Shown here one piece after another: positions 39,991 through 52,600 of a DNA stretch of 64,000 nt. The DNA comes from Azolla caroliniana (taxonomy: Eukaryota; Plantae; Polypodiophyta), in NCBI GenBank assembly GCA_043228905.1, contig JBHGNT010000009.1:1984001-2048000 (forward strand). Reading direction: 5' to 3'. The notes below the pieces were generated by a model, which did not search any database, was not told the DNA's origin, and saw only the letters and a program-made list of their open reading frames with translations. Position numbers and translations under genes: made by a program. Numbering within the stretch: position 1 is the first letter of the stretch; each line of letters opens with the position of its first letter.

Positions 39991-41749
39991 TTCCCCTAGT
40001 TTTCTATGTAGTTAGACCTCCATTTTCTATAGTTTTCACCACATTTTTTTGCTAAAAAAACTCCACACATAATTTAAAAATGCAAATAAAAAACCTAATA
40101 TGTGGACTGCCAATGGTCCCCTCTTCCATGGTAATGCATCTTGGTCTGAAACAAAGTTACAACAGGTTGTTTCTAAAATAAAGTTCTTAACATGACAACA
40201 AGTTGAGAACAATGGTCTACATTTTGAGACAAATCAATAACAGAGTGGATTGCATTTAATACTAAGAGACACATTCTATTTAAATAGACATAAATTTAGC
40301 ATTGTAAAATTTGTTCAATGGGGTACCATTTTTATAATTTGTAAAATCAGGGTTAATACGATTAAGCTTACATGGAATTCCATATCTTATCTCCAAATTG
40401 GATAAAAGAACATGACAACTGAAATATTAAACTATTGACTTTCTTGTCATGAAAATAATTAGTTGAGAATTTTGGTATGTTTTAAAAAACCATGTATAAC
40501 ACGTTCTTGTTCACAAGTGGAAGGATCACGCGTTCCACTTATAGATTCCTTTTATAATCTTGCGATTCTAGGCGATTTTCAGAAACTTGATACACTAGTA
40601 TCACATGTTTTAAATAACATTTAAAATTTGTTAATTTTTCAAGATTTAATAAGTTTCAAAATGATAATTTCTAAAATTGAATAGTTTTTCAATAAATGTT
40701 TAAATGTTGATGGTTTGCAGATATGAAATGTAGTTAACTTAAAGAAAATCACAATGGTTAACTTAAGGCACAAGTCCAGATTAATGGTTTCACCATCTTG
40801 AGAAGATATAGGTTCCAGAAGTGGAAGTTACATCTATTGTTAGACTTGAAAATGTTTTAAGTATAAGAGGTAACATTGTAATCTTTAATGCTATCATCTA
40901 TAAATTTAGTGCTCATTAACTCAAGAAATGTATACAATATTCATAAACAATTTTGATAAATCCATAACTCCTAAAATGTAGATGATATTCATAAACTGTC
41001 AAAACTACCAAACTTAGATGTAAACATTAATATATATCAATTTGAACATGTCACATGCTTATCAAGGTATCCACAATGCTTTCCTCTTCTTCATTTTGAG
41101 AGCTCCACTACAAATTTTGTGAAGTAATTGGCATTTGCAAGGTTCAATTACCATCAACACAATTATAAATGGTTTCTTGTTAATAAAGGAAGCACATGTT
41201 CAGCATAAGGTATCTTGTTGTGAAACATACTTCTTTACAACATCGATATGCATCTTTACTCTTGTCAAAACAGAGATTTTAGTACAATTCGAGTTCATGT
41301 AAACCGTAAACCTCTTTTATTTGAAAAAAAAGAAGATTTATAAACATGAACTCCATACATTGTATTGAGTTGATGTAAAAAATAGAGTTTTCATCACAAT
41401 TCCATACAACGTATCAAATTCATGTTCAAAGTTTTTTTTCCTGATTTTAAAAAAATAAATAAATAATAATAAATCGAACTTGACTTGATGAAAAAACTAG
41501 ATTTTTCACCACAATTCAGTACAATGTACCTAGTTCATGTTTAAAGTAAATTTTTTTAATTTGTTTCAAAACAAATTTATTTATTTGATTTTTATTTTTA
41601 TTTTATATTTTGGAAAACAAACTTTCAACATGAATTCGATACTTGTATCGACTTGTGATGAAAACTCTGGTTTTTTCATCATAACACCCAAAATTCAAAG
41701 GTTATTTTTCATCACTCACTTGTCGGGGAACTCTTCGAAAATTCAAAGG

Positions 41750-42010
41750 TTATTTGACGCAATCCTCGTCAACATCAGATAAATCAACCTTTGCATTATT
41801 TGTTACTACTTTATTTTTTTGAAGGCTACCTAAGTTAAAAGGCTCGATTGATAAAAGTGAATTCGAACTTTGCCCAACATCATCGGTGCACTCTAGATGG
41901 GACCGTTTAATATTTACATGGTTATATTCCTCGTTTGAGAATAATGAGTTACCAGATAATGTAAAAGGTTCAATAGAAAATAGAGAATTTTTACTCGATG
42001 TCGAGGACAT
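41750..42010 (-). pseudogene. Remnant of the transposase N-terminus
   Basis: NSLFSIEPF and NSLFSNEEY repeats resemble the SPFSIEEY repeats at 23233; same divergent position relative to the MTase gene. Confidence 0.6.
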
Positions 42011-45000
42011 CTTGACTAAGGCTAACTAAGATCAAATAAATGAAAAATGGTTCAAAAATTTCTTCTATATTAAGCCACATTTAAAAATAATTTTATTAAA
42101 TTAAAAAATAAATAAATCTATTACTATATAAAGGAAAGTCATCTTCTCATTGTCATTATCGTGTTCAAGATTTTGAAGAGCTCAAGAGCACATAAGGTAT
42201 TTAGCACTCTCACTTTTTCTCTCCGATCACCTGAACTCAACACTAGCACCATGAACAAGGGAAAGAAAATTTCCAGGTATCTTATTGTAACCGATTTTTA
42301 AGATTCTCTAAAGAATCCAAAAAGATGCTTCATTTTTCTTAATCAAATTTTACAATGAGAAGTTGATGCAATGCATCGAGTTCAATTTGAATGCACTAGG
42401 CTTTCAACGGGAACACGATGCGGCTTTCAACGAGAACTCGATGCACTGCATCAAGTTCCCGTTGAAAGAGCACAAATTTGTGATTAATGTGTGGTTGAAA
42501 ATAATTTGTTTGGCAGTTTTATGGTTATTTGTTGAGTGCTTCAAATACTAATTTACAATAAAATTAAGGGCTTTTATATTGATTTTAACTAAGTTTTCCT
42601 TGAATTTAGATATTAATATCCATTTTCAATAAGATTTTCATGTAATTATGTTATTGGCTATTGTTTGCGATGAACCTCGTCAAAAGGTTCCATCATTTAA
42701 ATTGAAGATTCCCTCCCCATCCAAAAAGCCCCATGACAGTGTTGCAAAAGAGCCTTCAAGAAGAACCTTAATTGAGTCAAGAGGTGATGGAACATTTAAG
42801 TCTTCAGTAGGCAACACTGTGAAAACATTGGCCGACAAGCCCATTGAGCCTCACCTAAACTTCCATGTAGAATGGGCATTGATTTATACTGAGGAAGAGG
42901 GAGACTTGCTCCTCATATTTGCAAAGTCTGAAGGTGAGGATAAGCTGCAAGTAGGCAAGACGTTCACATACGGACAAATAAAGAATGTTGAATATGAAGA
43001 TAATGATTCTCCAAACCTCTTGTTCGACATTCAGAGCTCAAGGGGAATGCGCAAGGTCCGAGTTGATGAAGGCTATTTTGTGACGGACTCTTGCCACCCC
43101 AAAGCCTTGAAAAAAGATGTTCAAACAAAAAAAAACTTAATTGTTGTTTTGCGCCCTTACATTAAAGGAGAACTCATGGTCGCACAAGCAGAGACCCCGA
43201 CGAAGTGTGCCTAAAAACCAACATCAGAACACAAGAAATACAAGAAACGGCAGCAACCTGAGGACGACGAAACCGAAGTTTTAACGTTCATCGAAGATGA
43301 GGAGGAAGACACAATTAGAAGTAATTCCTCCAAGTGGGCAAATTGCCTCAACAATCCTCACCTCCGAATAGAATCGGATACGTGAAAACATCGTGAAGAC
43401 TAAACTTCTCCGTAAAGGAAAGTTGTTTCATTTACCGATTTGTTCAATTCAAAGGCCGCTTGTCGATCTAGAAACAGGAAGACAAGCTTTAGAGATAAGA
43501 GGGCCCCATTCAGTGCATGTGCAATATTTAAAAAGCAAAATGAAGATAAATCCACATGCTATTGTTGTGCCATTTCTGGTAATGGTAGATCTAGATCAAT
43601 GCCCAACTATAGCGAACTTCAAGTAAAGTTCAGTAGATGATACTACGTCATTGGAGGATCCCACTTTGCTGAAGCCCGCCATCAACTTGTTAAGGAATAT
43701 CCTCTTACCCCCTTCTTCAAATAAGTAGAATGTAAAGTGTATGCCGGTCTTACACATGAAGAAGCCAAGTTGGTAGCTTGGAACCACAATAATGACAATG
43801 ACTATAGACAAAAGATGACATGTATAGAGCGCATCATGTTCTTTCATCACGAGTACCTTGATGCTTTGCAGAAATATGGTCCTAGGCTACATCCTAGATT
43901 GCGACGACAATGTTTGCTAGAAGTGGGGATAGCAGTTGACGAAAGCACAAAATCTGAAGGCCTAAGAAAGTACGACTCATGGTTTAAGCTTGCTTTCAGA
44001 ACAGGGGAGGTGTGGGACCTTCAAGATCGAATATTTAGTATGTGGGAGAGAAAAGAGAGAAAGGGTCAACGCTCAAAGAAGGCAAAGTTGGACCCTCAAG
44101 TGGAGATAAAGTCTAAGTCCCGTAAAAGTGACTTAGTGATAGAAGAATTAGCCGAGGACATGAAGATGCTTCGTTGGCGGTCATTACAAGGAATAAAAGA
44201 TGACATATTATTAATATCTATACTATCAAGAGTGGTCGCTAAGGAATTTAACTTAGATAAAATGGTCACAGAATTTCAAAAGTGAGTAGTCTTTTTGTAT
44301 TATTGTTTTTGTTTGGATTGCTTTGTTAATTTGCTTTTGATTTTGACCTTTATGTGTAATGTTTTTTAGTCATAAGGTTTACATGAAGATACAAGAGCTG
44401 ATGATGAAAAATTTGTCCCTGCCTACATGGGAAGAATTGGAGCAATCGTGCCCAAAAACATCATCATACAAGGCTCTTGAAGAATTTTTCATTGTGTTTA
44501 GAGAATGCGTATCTGTATAGTTTACATCTTCTATAGTTGATTTTAGGATAATGTGCATTTTCTTATAAATCTTATAATTGCAGAAACCACCTCGCTCGAA
44601 GAAATTGGGTGATCTAGTAATGAAGGCATACCAACCACATTCATCACTCATTTGGAATGAGCAAAGTATGAAAAGCGAATGACGAAAGGAAAGGATCTAG
44701 AGGTGCCTGAAGACTCGGATACAATGAAGAGTTTTTTGCACAAAAACGATCCTTTCAGACAGTTGTACTATAGTGTATATAATGGTGATGTGGGTAATAT
44801 GCTTGACATATTACCCAAGAGGCATTATACATTGCTCATTGCGGACATACGATATGGATTTCGAATAACGGGGTCTGTCACGGACAAGTATAATAGAGTA
44901 GAACGAAGATAAGACTGGAGAACAAGAGAGAGAAAAAGAACAAGAACTCAACTTATAGAATCCGTAACTTGTGTTGTTCACCTTGATTAGAATCAAGGTG

Positions 45001-45466
45001 CACATGAGTATTTATAAAAGAGGGTAGGGCTATGTAAGCCAGCTAGAAATAGAGTCCATAAGGATGCATGCAATAGAGTACGCATGAGGATGCATGCAAT
45101 AGAGAATGCATGAGGATGCATGCAAGCTAGAGAATGAGAATGCATAGTGTGGTGGTCACATGGACCACACCTAGATTAGGCCCCTACCAAGCCCCATGCA
45201 CCACACATAGACCACACCCAAATTAGGCCCCTACCAAGCCTCATGCACCACACCCAAACTAGGCCCCCACCAAGCCCCATAATTAGTAGAGCTAATTGGA
45301 GCGGGAGAACACCCTCCACGCTAAGACAGAGTCTATAAAATGTAACTTGAGACATAATGAAAGGAAGGCTATTCTTGAGAGCATTTCACATCTTGAGCAT
45401 TTCACATCTTGGTGGAGAAGACGGGCCAAGCCACCCCAACTCACGACCCCAACAACGCCCGCCACG

Positions 45467-46417
45467 ATGCAACACGACAACAACGACGGCAACGCAAACT
45501 CGATGAATCCGGAATTCCTACAACACAATCAAGGACACCAGCCCACATCGCCAATCGACCAACTGGTTCAAGCTCTGTCCAACATCATTTTACAAGTTAA
45601 CCATACTAACCAAGCCATGTTGTCCTTTCTTTCAGCACGATCCGAGCCACAACAAAATCTCCCGGACTCTCGAGTTCGCCCAAAACCGTTCTCCGGCCTA
45701 CCATCGGAAGACGTCCTCTCTTGGCTGGATCATTTCGAAATGGTGGCCAGTTACCACCAGTGGCCACACCCTCGGAAGGCAATGGAGATGAAGACACCCC
45801 TCGAGAATATCGCGGCAACATGGCTTGTACAACAACCCGAAGAGACACGCAACGACTGGGATCTGTTACGGGCAGCCATGATTCGGAATTTTGCTCATCA
45901 AGACTCTCGCCAGACGGCCCTACAACAACTTGAGTCAATTACCCAACAACCACGCGAACCCATCACCCAGTTCGCGGTTCGTTTTGTGCATATCCTACGC
46001 CGGGCTGACGCCAACATGTCGGAGGACATGAAGTTGTTTTTTTTCTGGCCGCGTATACGACATGACCTCCGCCGCCGTGTACGCGATCAAGGCCCGACGA
46101 CACTACACGAAGCCATCCTCACTGCCCAACGCATCGAAGCTGCAGACGCGCACGACATGCACACACCAGGTAATCTCAGTCATGATCATACAAACACTAT
46201 ACCAGCCGTCACTCCCATGGACATCCACATCCAGAACGCGCAATTACGTGCCAAGCGTGCATTGCCCGAACGAGACAGCCAGGGACGCCCCAAATGTTTC
46301 TACTGCAACAACTATGGCCACATTCGGCGTCACTGCCGAAAGTGGCAGAACCACCAACAGAAGTAGAACGTCCAATTAGCGGACGCTGCCTTCCTCTCTG
46401 AGCTCCCGGAAAACTAA
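45467..46417 (+). pseudogene. gag with CCHC knuckle (premature TAG at 46364)
   Basis: PKPFSG...WLDHFE and CFYCNNYGHIRRHC; the frame continues past the TAG to PEN* at 46417. Confidence 0.88.
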
Positions 46418-49400
46418 TGCGCGGGGTGCCGCAGGGAGAGCCGCCCCCGCACGTCCACGTCTCCACGTCCTCAACTTCTCCCGTTTCTCCCACGATCGAG
46501 CCGCCCCCGCACGTCCACGCCTCCACTTCATCAACTTCGCCCGTTTGTACCACAATTGCCCGCCTCCAGCACACGACCCAAGAAGTTCTCCTCGACTCCG
46601 GCAGCAGCATCTCTTCCATCAGCGCAGATTTAGTCACCCAATTACAACTTCCCACGAGCCACGCACCGCCCATTAAAATCCTCTTCGGCGACCAACAACG
46701 GGTGTACCACTCACATACGCAAGTCAGGTGCATGCTCACCATTAGTTCCGCCCAGATCCACCATCGTTTCTACGTCCTCCCGTGCCAGTTGTTCCCAATC
46801 ACCTTGGGATGTGATTGGTTCCTCCATAGTCGAGCTTGTCTCGATTTCTCCGCACAACAGCTCATCCTCCCAAATCACATTCCGATCGCACTCTTCACTA
46901 CTCCGCGGGATACCACCCACATCAGCAACACACAGTACCTGATATCACCGGCGGAGCGCATCAACGACATCAGACGGCTCCTCACCACCTTTCCCTCGTT
47001 GTCTACACCACCTGTAAAACCTCCCTCGGTCCGTTTTCCGATTCACCACACGATTCCTACAGGCAACGCCCGCCCCATCAACGCAGCTCCCCGACATCGC
47101 TCGCCTCTCGACCACGAGCGCATTGACAACGCCGTCAAAACTATGCTCCAACAAGGGATTATCACACCTTCCAAGAGCGAGTGGATCTCGGAGCCACACA
47201 TGGTAAAGAAAGGGGATGGTTCTTACCGCTTTTGTGTCGACTTCCGACAACTGAACCATGTCACCACCCATGACCGATACCCTCTCCCTCGTATCGATGA
47301 CCTCCTCGACCAGCTTGGCAAATCAAAGTACTTCACCTCCCTCGATCTAGCCTCGGGATATTGGCAGATCCCGATGAATCCTCACGATGCCCACAAAACT
47401 GCATTCCGCACTAGGAAAGGCATTTTTCAGTTCACATGGATGCCCTTTGGCCTATCTGATGCGGGGAGCACATTCCAGCGAATGGCTAATGCCATCTTCG
47501 ATGATCTCATCACCCGCCGTGTCGTCATCGTCTATCTAGACGATATTCTGGTACATACAAGCACTTGGGCAGAACACCTTCAAGTCCTTCGGGAGGTCCT
47601 AACTTGTGTTCAACGCTATCGATTGCAGCTGCAATGGAAGAAGTGCCGATGGGGTAGTACGTGCCTCCACTTCCTTGGGTACGTCATCTCCTCCGACGGA
47701 ATACAAATGGACCTGGAGAAGACAGAAGCAGTTCAAAAATTCCCACGCCCCACCACAGTCAACCAGCTTCAACGCTTCCTCGGCCTCCTCACGTTCTCTC
47801 TTCGTTTCATCCCACGGCTAGCCGACCTGTCAGCCCCACTACGCGCGCTCCTACAAAAAGACGCACCCTTCCTGTGGACCGAAGCCTGCGAATCCAGCTT
47901 CCTGCAGCTCAAGAGAACACTCCAAGCCTCTGACCTCCTGGCCCACCCTGATTTCACGAAGCCTTTCCATCTGCAGACGGATGCCTCCAATGTCGGCCTT
48001 GGTGCGGTCCTGCTCCAATCCGACGACAACGACCAACTCCGCCCGATTGCCTACATCAGTCGGTCACTTACCAAAGCCGAACAAAATTACTCGACAACTG
48101 AAAAAGAGTTCCTCGCCATCGTCTGGGCATTCCATCGTTTCCACCCATACCTTCACGGATCAAATACATCAGTCGAAACAGACCATCAGCCATTGCTCTC
48201 CCTCATAAAGAAGGCTCATCCACCCGGCCGCTTACTTCGTTGGGTTTTGGCGCTACAGGATTACACATTCACTCTGCGCTATCGCCATGGTCCACAAAAC
48301 ATCGTCGCCGATGGATTATCCCGCATATCCTTTCAGGCGAACCAAATCACCTCCAACACAATCGATTTCCCCATATCCTCGTCCCAAATGGCCAACATGC
48401 AACAACACGACAAACAAATCCAAGATATCTGCCACCGCCTACGAGCTGAACCGACATCATCCCTCACCAAGCAATTCATGATCCAGGATAATGTCCTACT
48501 TTTTTGTCAAGTAGGCAAAGAACCCCGAGTCTACGTGCCTGAGCAACTACGCTAGTCATACCTTCGTTTCTTCCACGATCACCCGTTGTCCGGCCACTTG
48601 GGTTTTCATAAGGTGCTCGACAAAATTCGTCGCAAATTCTATTGGCCTGGGCTACGCCACGAGGTCGCCTCCTACATCAAAGCATGCAACTTATGTCAGG
48701 CCATCAAATCACCTCAAGTGGCTCAAGGCCTCTTACATCCGATACAAGTTCAAGCTCCATTTGAAATCGTCGAATGGGACATTATGGGCCCCTTTCCCGA
48801 GTCACAAGGAGGGAACAAATTCATCCTCGTCATCACCGAGTACTTGACGCGTTGGGCTGAGACGGCCGCTATCCCAGATGCAAAGGCTATGACCATCGCC
48901 TCCAAACTATTGGAGAAAATCATCTTCCCCCACGGTTGCCCACTCCAAATCTTGTCCGATCGAGGACCCCAGTTCAACGGTGAGCTCCTACGCCTCGTTT
49001 CAACACAACTAGGAATCCAACAGTTATTCACGTCACCCTACCATCCGCAAACGAATGGGTTGACGGAGCGCCTCAATCGAACCTTAAAACAACAAATCTC
49101 AGCCTACATCGATCCGCTGCACTCAACCTGGGACCGAATCTTGCCCTTCGTTACGCATGCCTACAACACAACTGTGCAAGCCTCTACCCGCATTAGCCCA
49201 TTTCAGGCCCTTTATGGAAGGGACCCGCGCTTACCCCCAGAAGTGGCAGTTCCGCAACCAACCACACGACTCCACGCTGACACTGTCTTGGTGGTCCCAC
49301 CTACAACAACTCCAGCCTCTCCTCCGCAAAGCCATCACGAGCAACCTGCACCAGGCACAACTACGCCAAAAACGACAACACGATATAGGCCGTGTCGACC

Positions 49401-49699
49401 ATCAATACCACGTCGGTGACAAAGTCCTCGTCTACTTCCCCATCTGTCGTGGCGGTCTCAGCGAATCGCTCATGCACCGATGGATCGGTCCCTTCGAAGT
49501 TCAAAAGCAGATACGCGACACTACATACCTGCTCCGCCGCGCCTCCAACAACCGCTCTACCTTTGCTCACCAGTCTCGCATGAAGCCCTTCCATCAACTA
49601 CCACCGCCCCCGCCCACACTCATGCCTACGCCCACGCCCGTGTCATCCCCCCATATGGAACCGTCGTCCACGCCTCGTCGCGCTTCGACTGCACAGTAA
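46417..49699 (+). pseudogene. pol (PR-RT-RNase H-INT) in the -1 frame relative to gag; one in-frame TAG (48553) and a frameshift near 49290
   Basis: LLDSGS, YRFCVDFRQLN, MPFGL, VYLDD, QTDASNVGLG, GHLG...C..C, SDRGPQF, QTNGLTERLN, WIGPF. Confidence 0.93.
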
Positions 49700-52600
49700 C
49701 TTTTTTTTTACAAGGGGGAATTGTGGTGGTCACATGGACCACACCTAGATTAGGCCCCTACCAAGCCCCATGCACCACACATAGACCACACCCAAATTAG
49801 GCCCCTACCAAGCCTCATGCACCACACCCAAACTAGGCCCCCACCAAGCCCCATAATTAGTAGAGCTAATTGGAGCGGGAGAACACCCTCCACGCTAAGA
49901 CAGAGTCTATAAAATGTAACTTGAGACATAATGAAAGGAAGGCTATTCTTGAGAGCATTTCACATCTTGAGCATTTCACAATAGCTAGGAACTTCCAATG
50001 TTCAATCTACACTATGTGAAGTTGAATTAAATATAAGGATGCATATGTAGCTCAAGTGGTAGCGGCCGGTTTATGGGGGTATTGTTGGTGAAAAGCGTGA
50101 ATTGCCTCTAGTGCATTTTGTAAGTGTGTAATTGGTTTCCATGTGGCGTCCGAAAGAGGGTAACCTTTCCATAAGACCAAGTATTGAAGTCGTCATCAAC
50201 ACAAGTGAGAGTCGAGGATCCGGTCAACCTCATACTCCTCACCTGTCGATAATTCCACGGGTGGCGGAGGAGGAGGTTGGCGTCCTGGAATGCGAGAAGG
50301 ATGATAGAGTTCGAGGAGAGAGACATGGAAAACATTGTGAAGCCGAAATGTGGGGGGAAGCACTAACTGGAAGGCAATTGGGTTAATGTGCTCGAGGATA
50401 CGGAAGGGGCCTAGCTTTTTGTAGTCGAGCTTCGCACAGGGACGGGTGGTTGCGATATGTCGACGTAGCAACCAAACCATGTCACCGACTGCGAAGGTCG
50501 GCGCGACTAAGCGATGTCGGTCAGCATGAGCTTTATACTGTTTTCCAGTGGCACGGAGCTCGAGGGAGAGGTCATGGTGGACATCTTGTAAGGTGTGGGC
50601 ACACTTCTCGGCCGACAGATTGATGGATATCTCCAGAATGGAAATGCTAAAACGAGGGTGGAAACCGTAATTTGCAAAGAATGGGGAAACTTTAGTTGAG
50701 GCATGGATACTGTTATTGTAGCCAAATTCCACCATGGCAAGGAGGTCCACCCAATCGTCTTGTTGGTAGCTAACTGAACAACGGAGGTATTGTTCGAGGA
50801 TTTGGTTGACTCTTTCTGTTTGGCCATCAGTTTGAGGGTGGTGCGCAGTTGACAAGTTCACAGAAGTCCCGAATGTCTGTAACAGTCGGCGCCAAAAGTG
50901 GGAGATAAATTGAGGACCTCGATCAAAAGTGACGTCCTCAGGCAAACCTTGTAAGCGGACAACATTTTTCAGAAAAAGGGCAGTTGTCTCCTCCCCCGAA
51001 ATGGTTTTCGAACATGGGACAAAGTGAACCATCTTCGAAAACCAAGCGAAGACCACTAGCACCGTGTCACGGTCACCGACTCGAGGAAGGTCGGTGATAA
51101 AGTCCATGGAGAGAGATGCCCAAGGTCGATGGGGAATTGGAAGTGGGTGTAGAAGGTCATATGGACGATGGTGAGCCACTTTGGAGCAAGCACAGACGTC
51201 ACAAGTTTTGATAAATTCTTTGACCAATTTCCAAGGTTGAGGCCACCAAAACCCCCAAGAAAGCAATGCCAGCGTTTTGGTGACCCCAAAGTGTCCGACA
51301 AGAGGATCATCATGGCAAGTTTGTAGACCTCGGAGACGACATGGGCCATCTGGTACATAAAGGAGGTGATTACAATAGAGTAGCCCATCGTGAGTTGTAA
51401 AGTGACTGAGATCCGAGCTTTGTCATTCCTGGGATGGGTTGTTGAGGCGCACCATGATGTTAGTAGCGAAAGGGTTCGACGTGGTTGCTTGGGCAATCTC
51501 GTTGAGCAAGGAATCATCGTGCAACAGATAGGTTGCAAACATGTGGAGTTGATCGGGCTGCAATAAGCAATGTGATTGCTGAGAATAAGTGTCGTCGCCT
51601 AGGCGCAATGCAAAATCAGGTCACTGGGAGAGAGCATCCGCTTTCTCATGTTGAATGTCGGGCCGAAACAAGATTTCGAAGTCATAGTCGGCAAGAAAAG
51701 ATGACCAACGAGCATGTCTCCGATTCAACGTACGAGTGGTGGTGAAGTAGATGAGATTCTTGTGGTCGGTCACCACCTGAATACAATGTTGCGCCCCAGC
51801 CAGATAGGGTTGCCATTCAGCGGAGGCCGAGATGATAGCTGCGAGCTCCTTGTCGTAGACTGGATAATTGATTTCCGGGGCTGTAAACTTCCGAGAGTAG
51901 AAGGCGATCGGATGTAGGGTGCCATCGTCATCAAGTTGGGACAAGACCGCATCTATTGCAAAGTCGGAGGCGTCGGTTTCAACCTGGAAAGGGCGGGTGG
52001 GGTCCGGGTGGACTAACAGGGGGGCGGAGAGAAAAGCTGCTTTGAGGGCATTAAAAGCATTATGTGTTGCGGGGGTCCAAAGAAATGGAGTATCTTTCCG
52101 GGTAAGTTGGATGAGAAGTTGAACTAGGGATGAGAACCCGTCTATAAATCATCTATAAAAATTTGCAAAACTAAGAAGCAATTGTACCTCTTTCAGCCGA
52201 ATCGGGAGAGGCCAATCAGTGATTGCGGCGACCTTGCGTTTATCCATTGTGATCTCGGTAGGTAAATTGGTGAAAGGAATGGTGACGTTCCCCAACACAA
52301 CGGCCAGTGTAGCGACCAAACCGAACTCAACCGCAACAGAATCAAGTGAGTGTCGTGACCGAGCAAGAATTGGCGTTGTTGGAAAAGTGATGGAACGGCT
52401 ACACCAATCCACCGTCGGATTGTGTGTCTCCAACCAAGATAGCCCCAACACAATTGGATGTCGGGGGGTCGCGATGAGGTAGAACGTCAGTTCCTCCTAG
52501 TGTGCCCCGATTTGAAGTACCAACGGGATAGTGGCTTCGGTAACTGCCCCCGATGAGAGAACCCTACCGTCGATCACTTCAACGGATATGGGTTGTGATG

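Larger units (their letters stand above)
45148..49980 (+). mobile_element. Full-length young Ty3/gypsy element (4.83 kb) nested in the chromovirus LTR
   Basis: 259-bp LTRs 45148-45406 and 49722-49980 look identical by eye; 4-bp TSD ATAG; PBS TGGTGGAGA at 45410 (tRNA-Ala-like); PPT AAGGGGGAA at ~49712. Confidence 0.96.
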
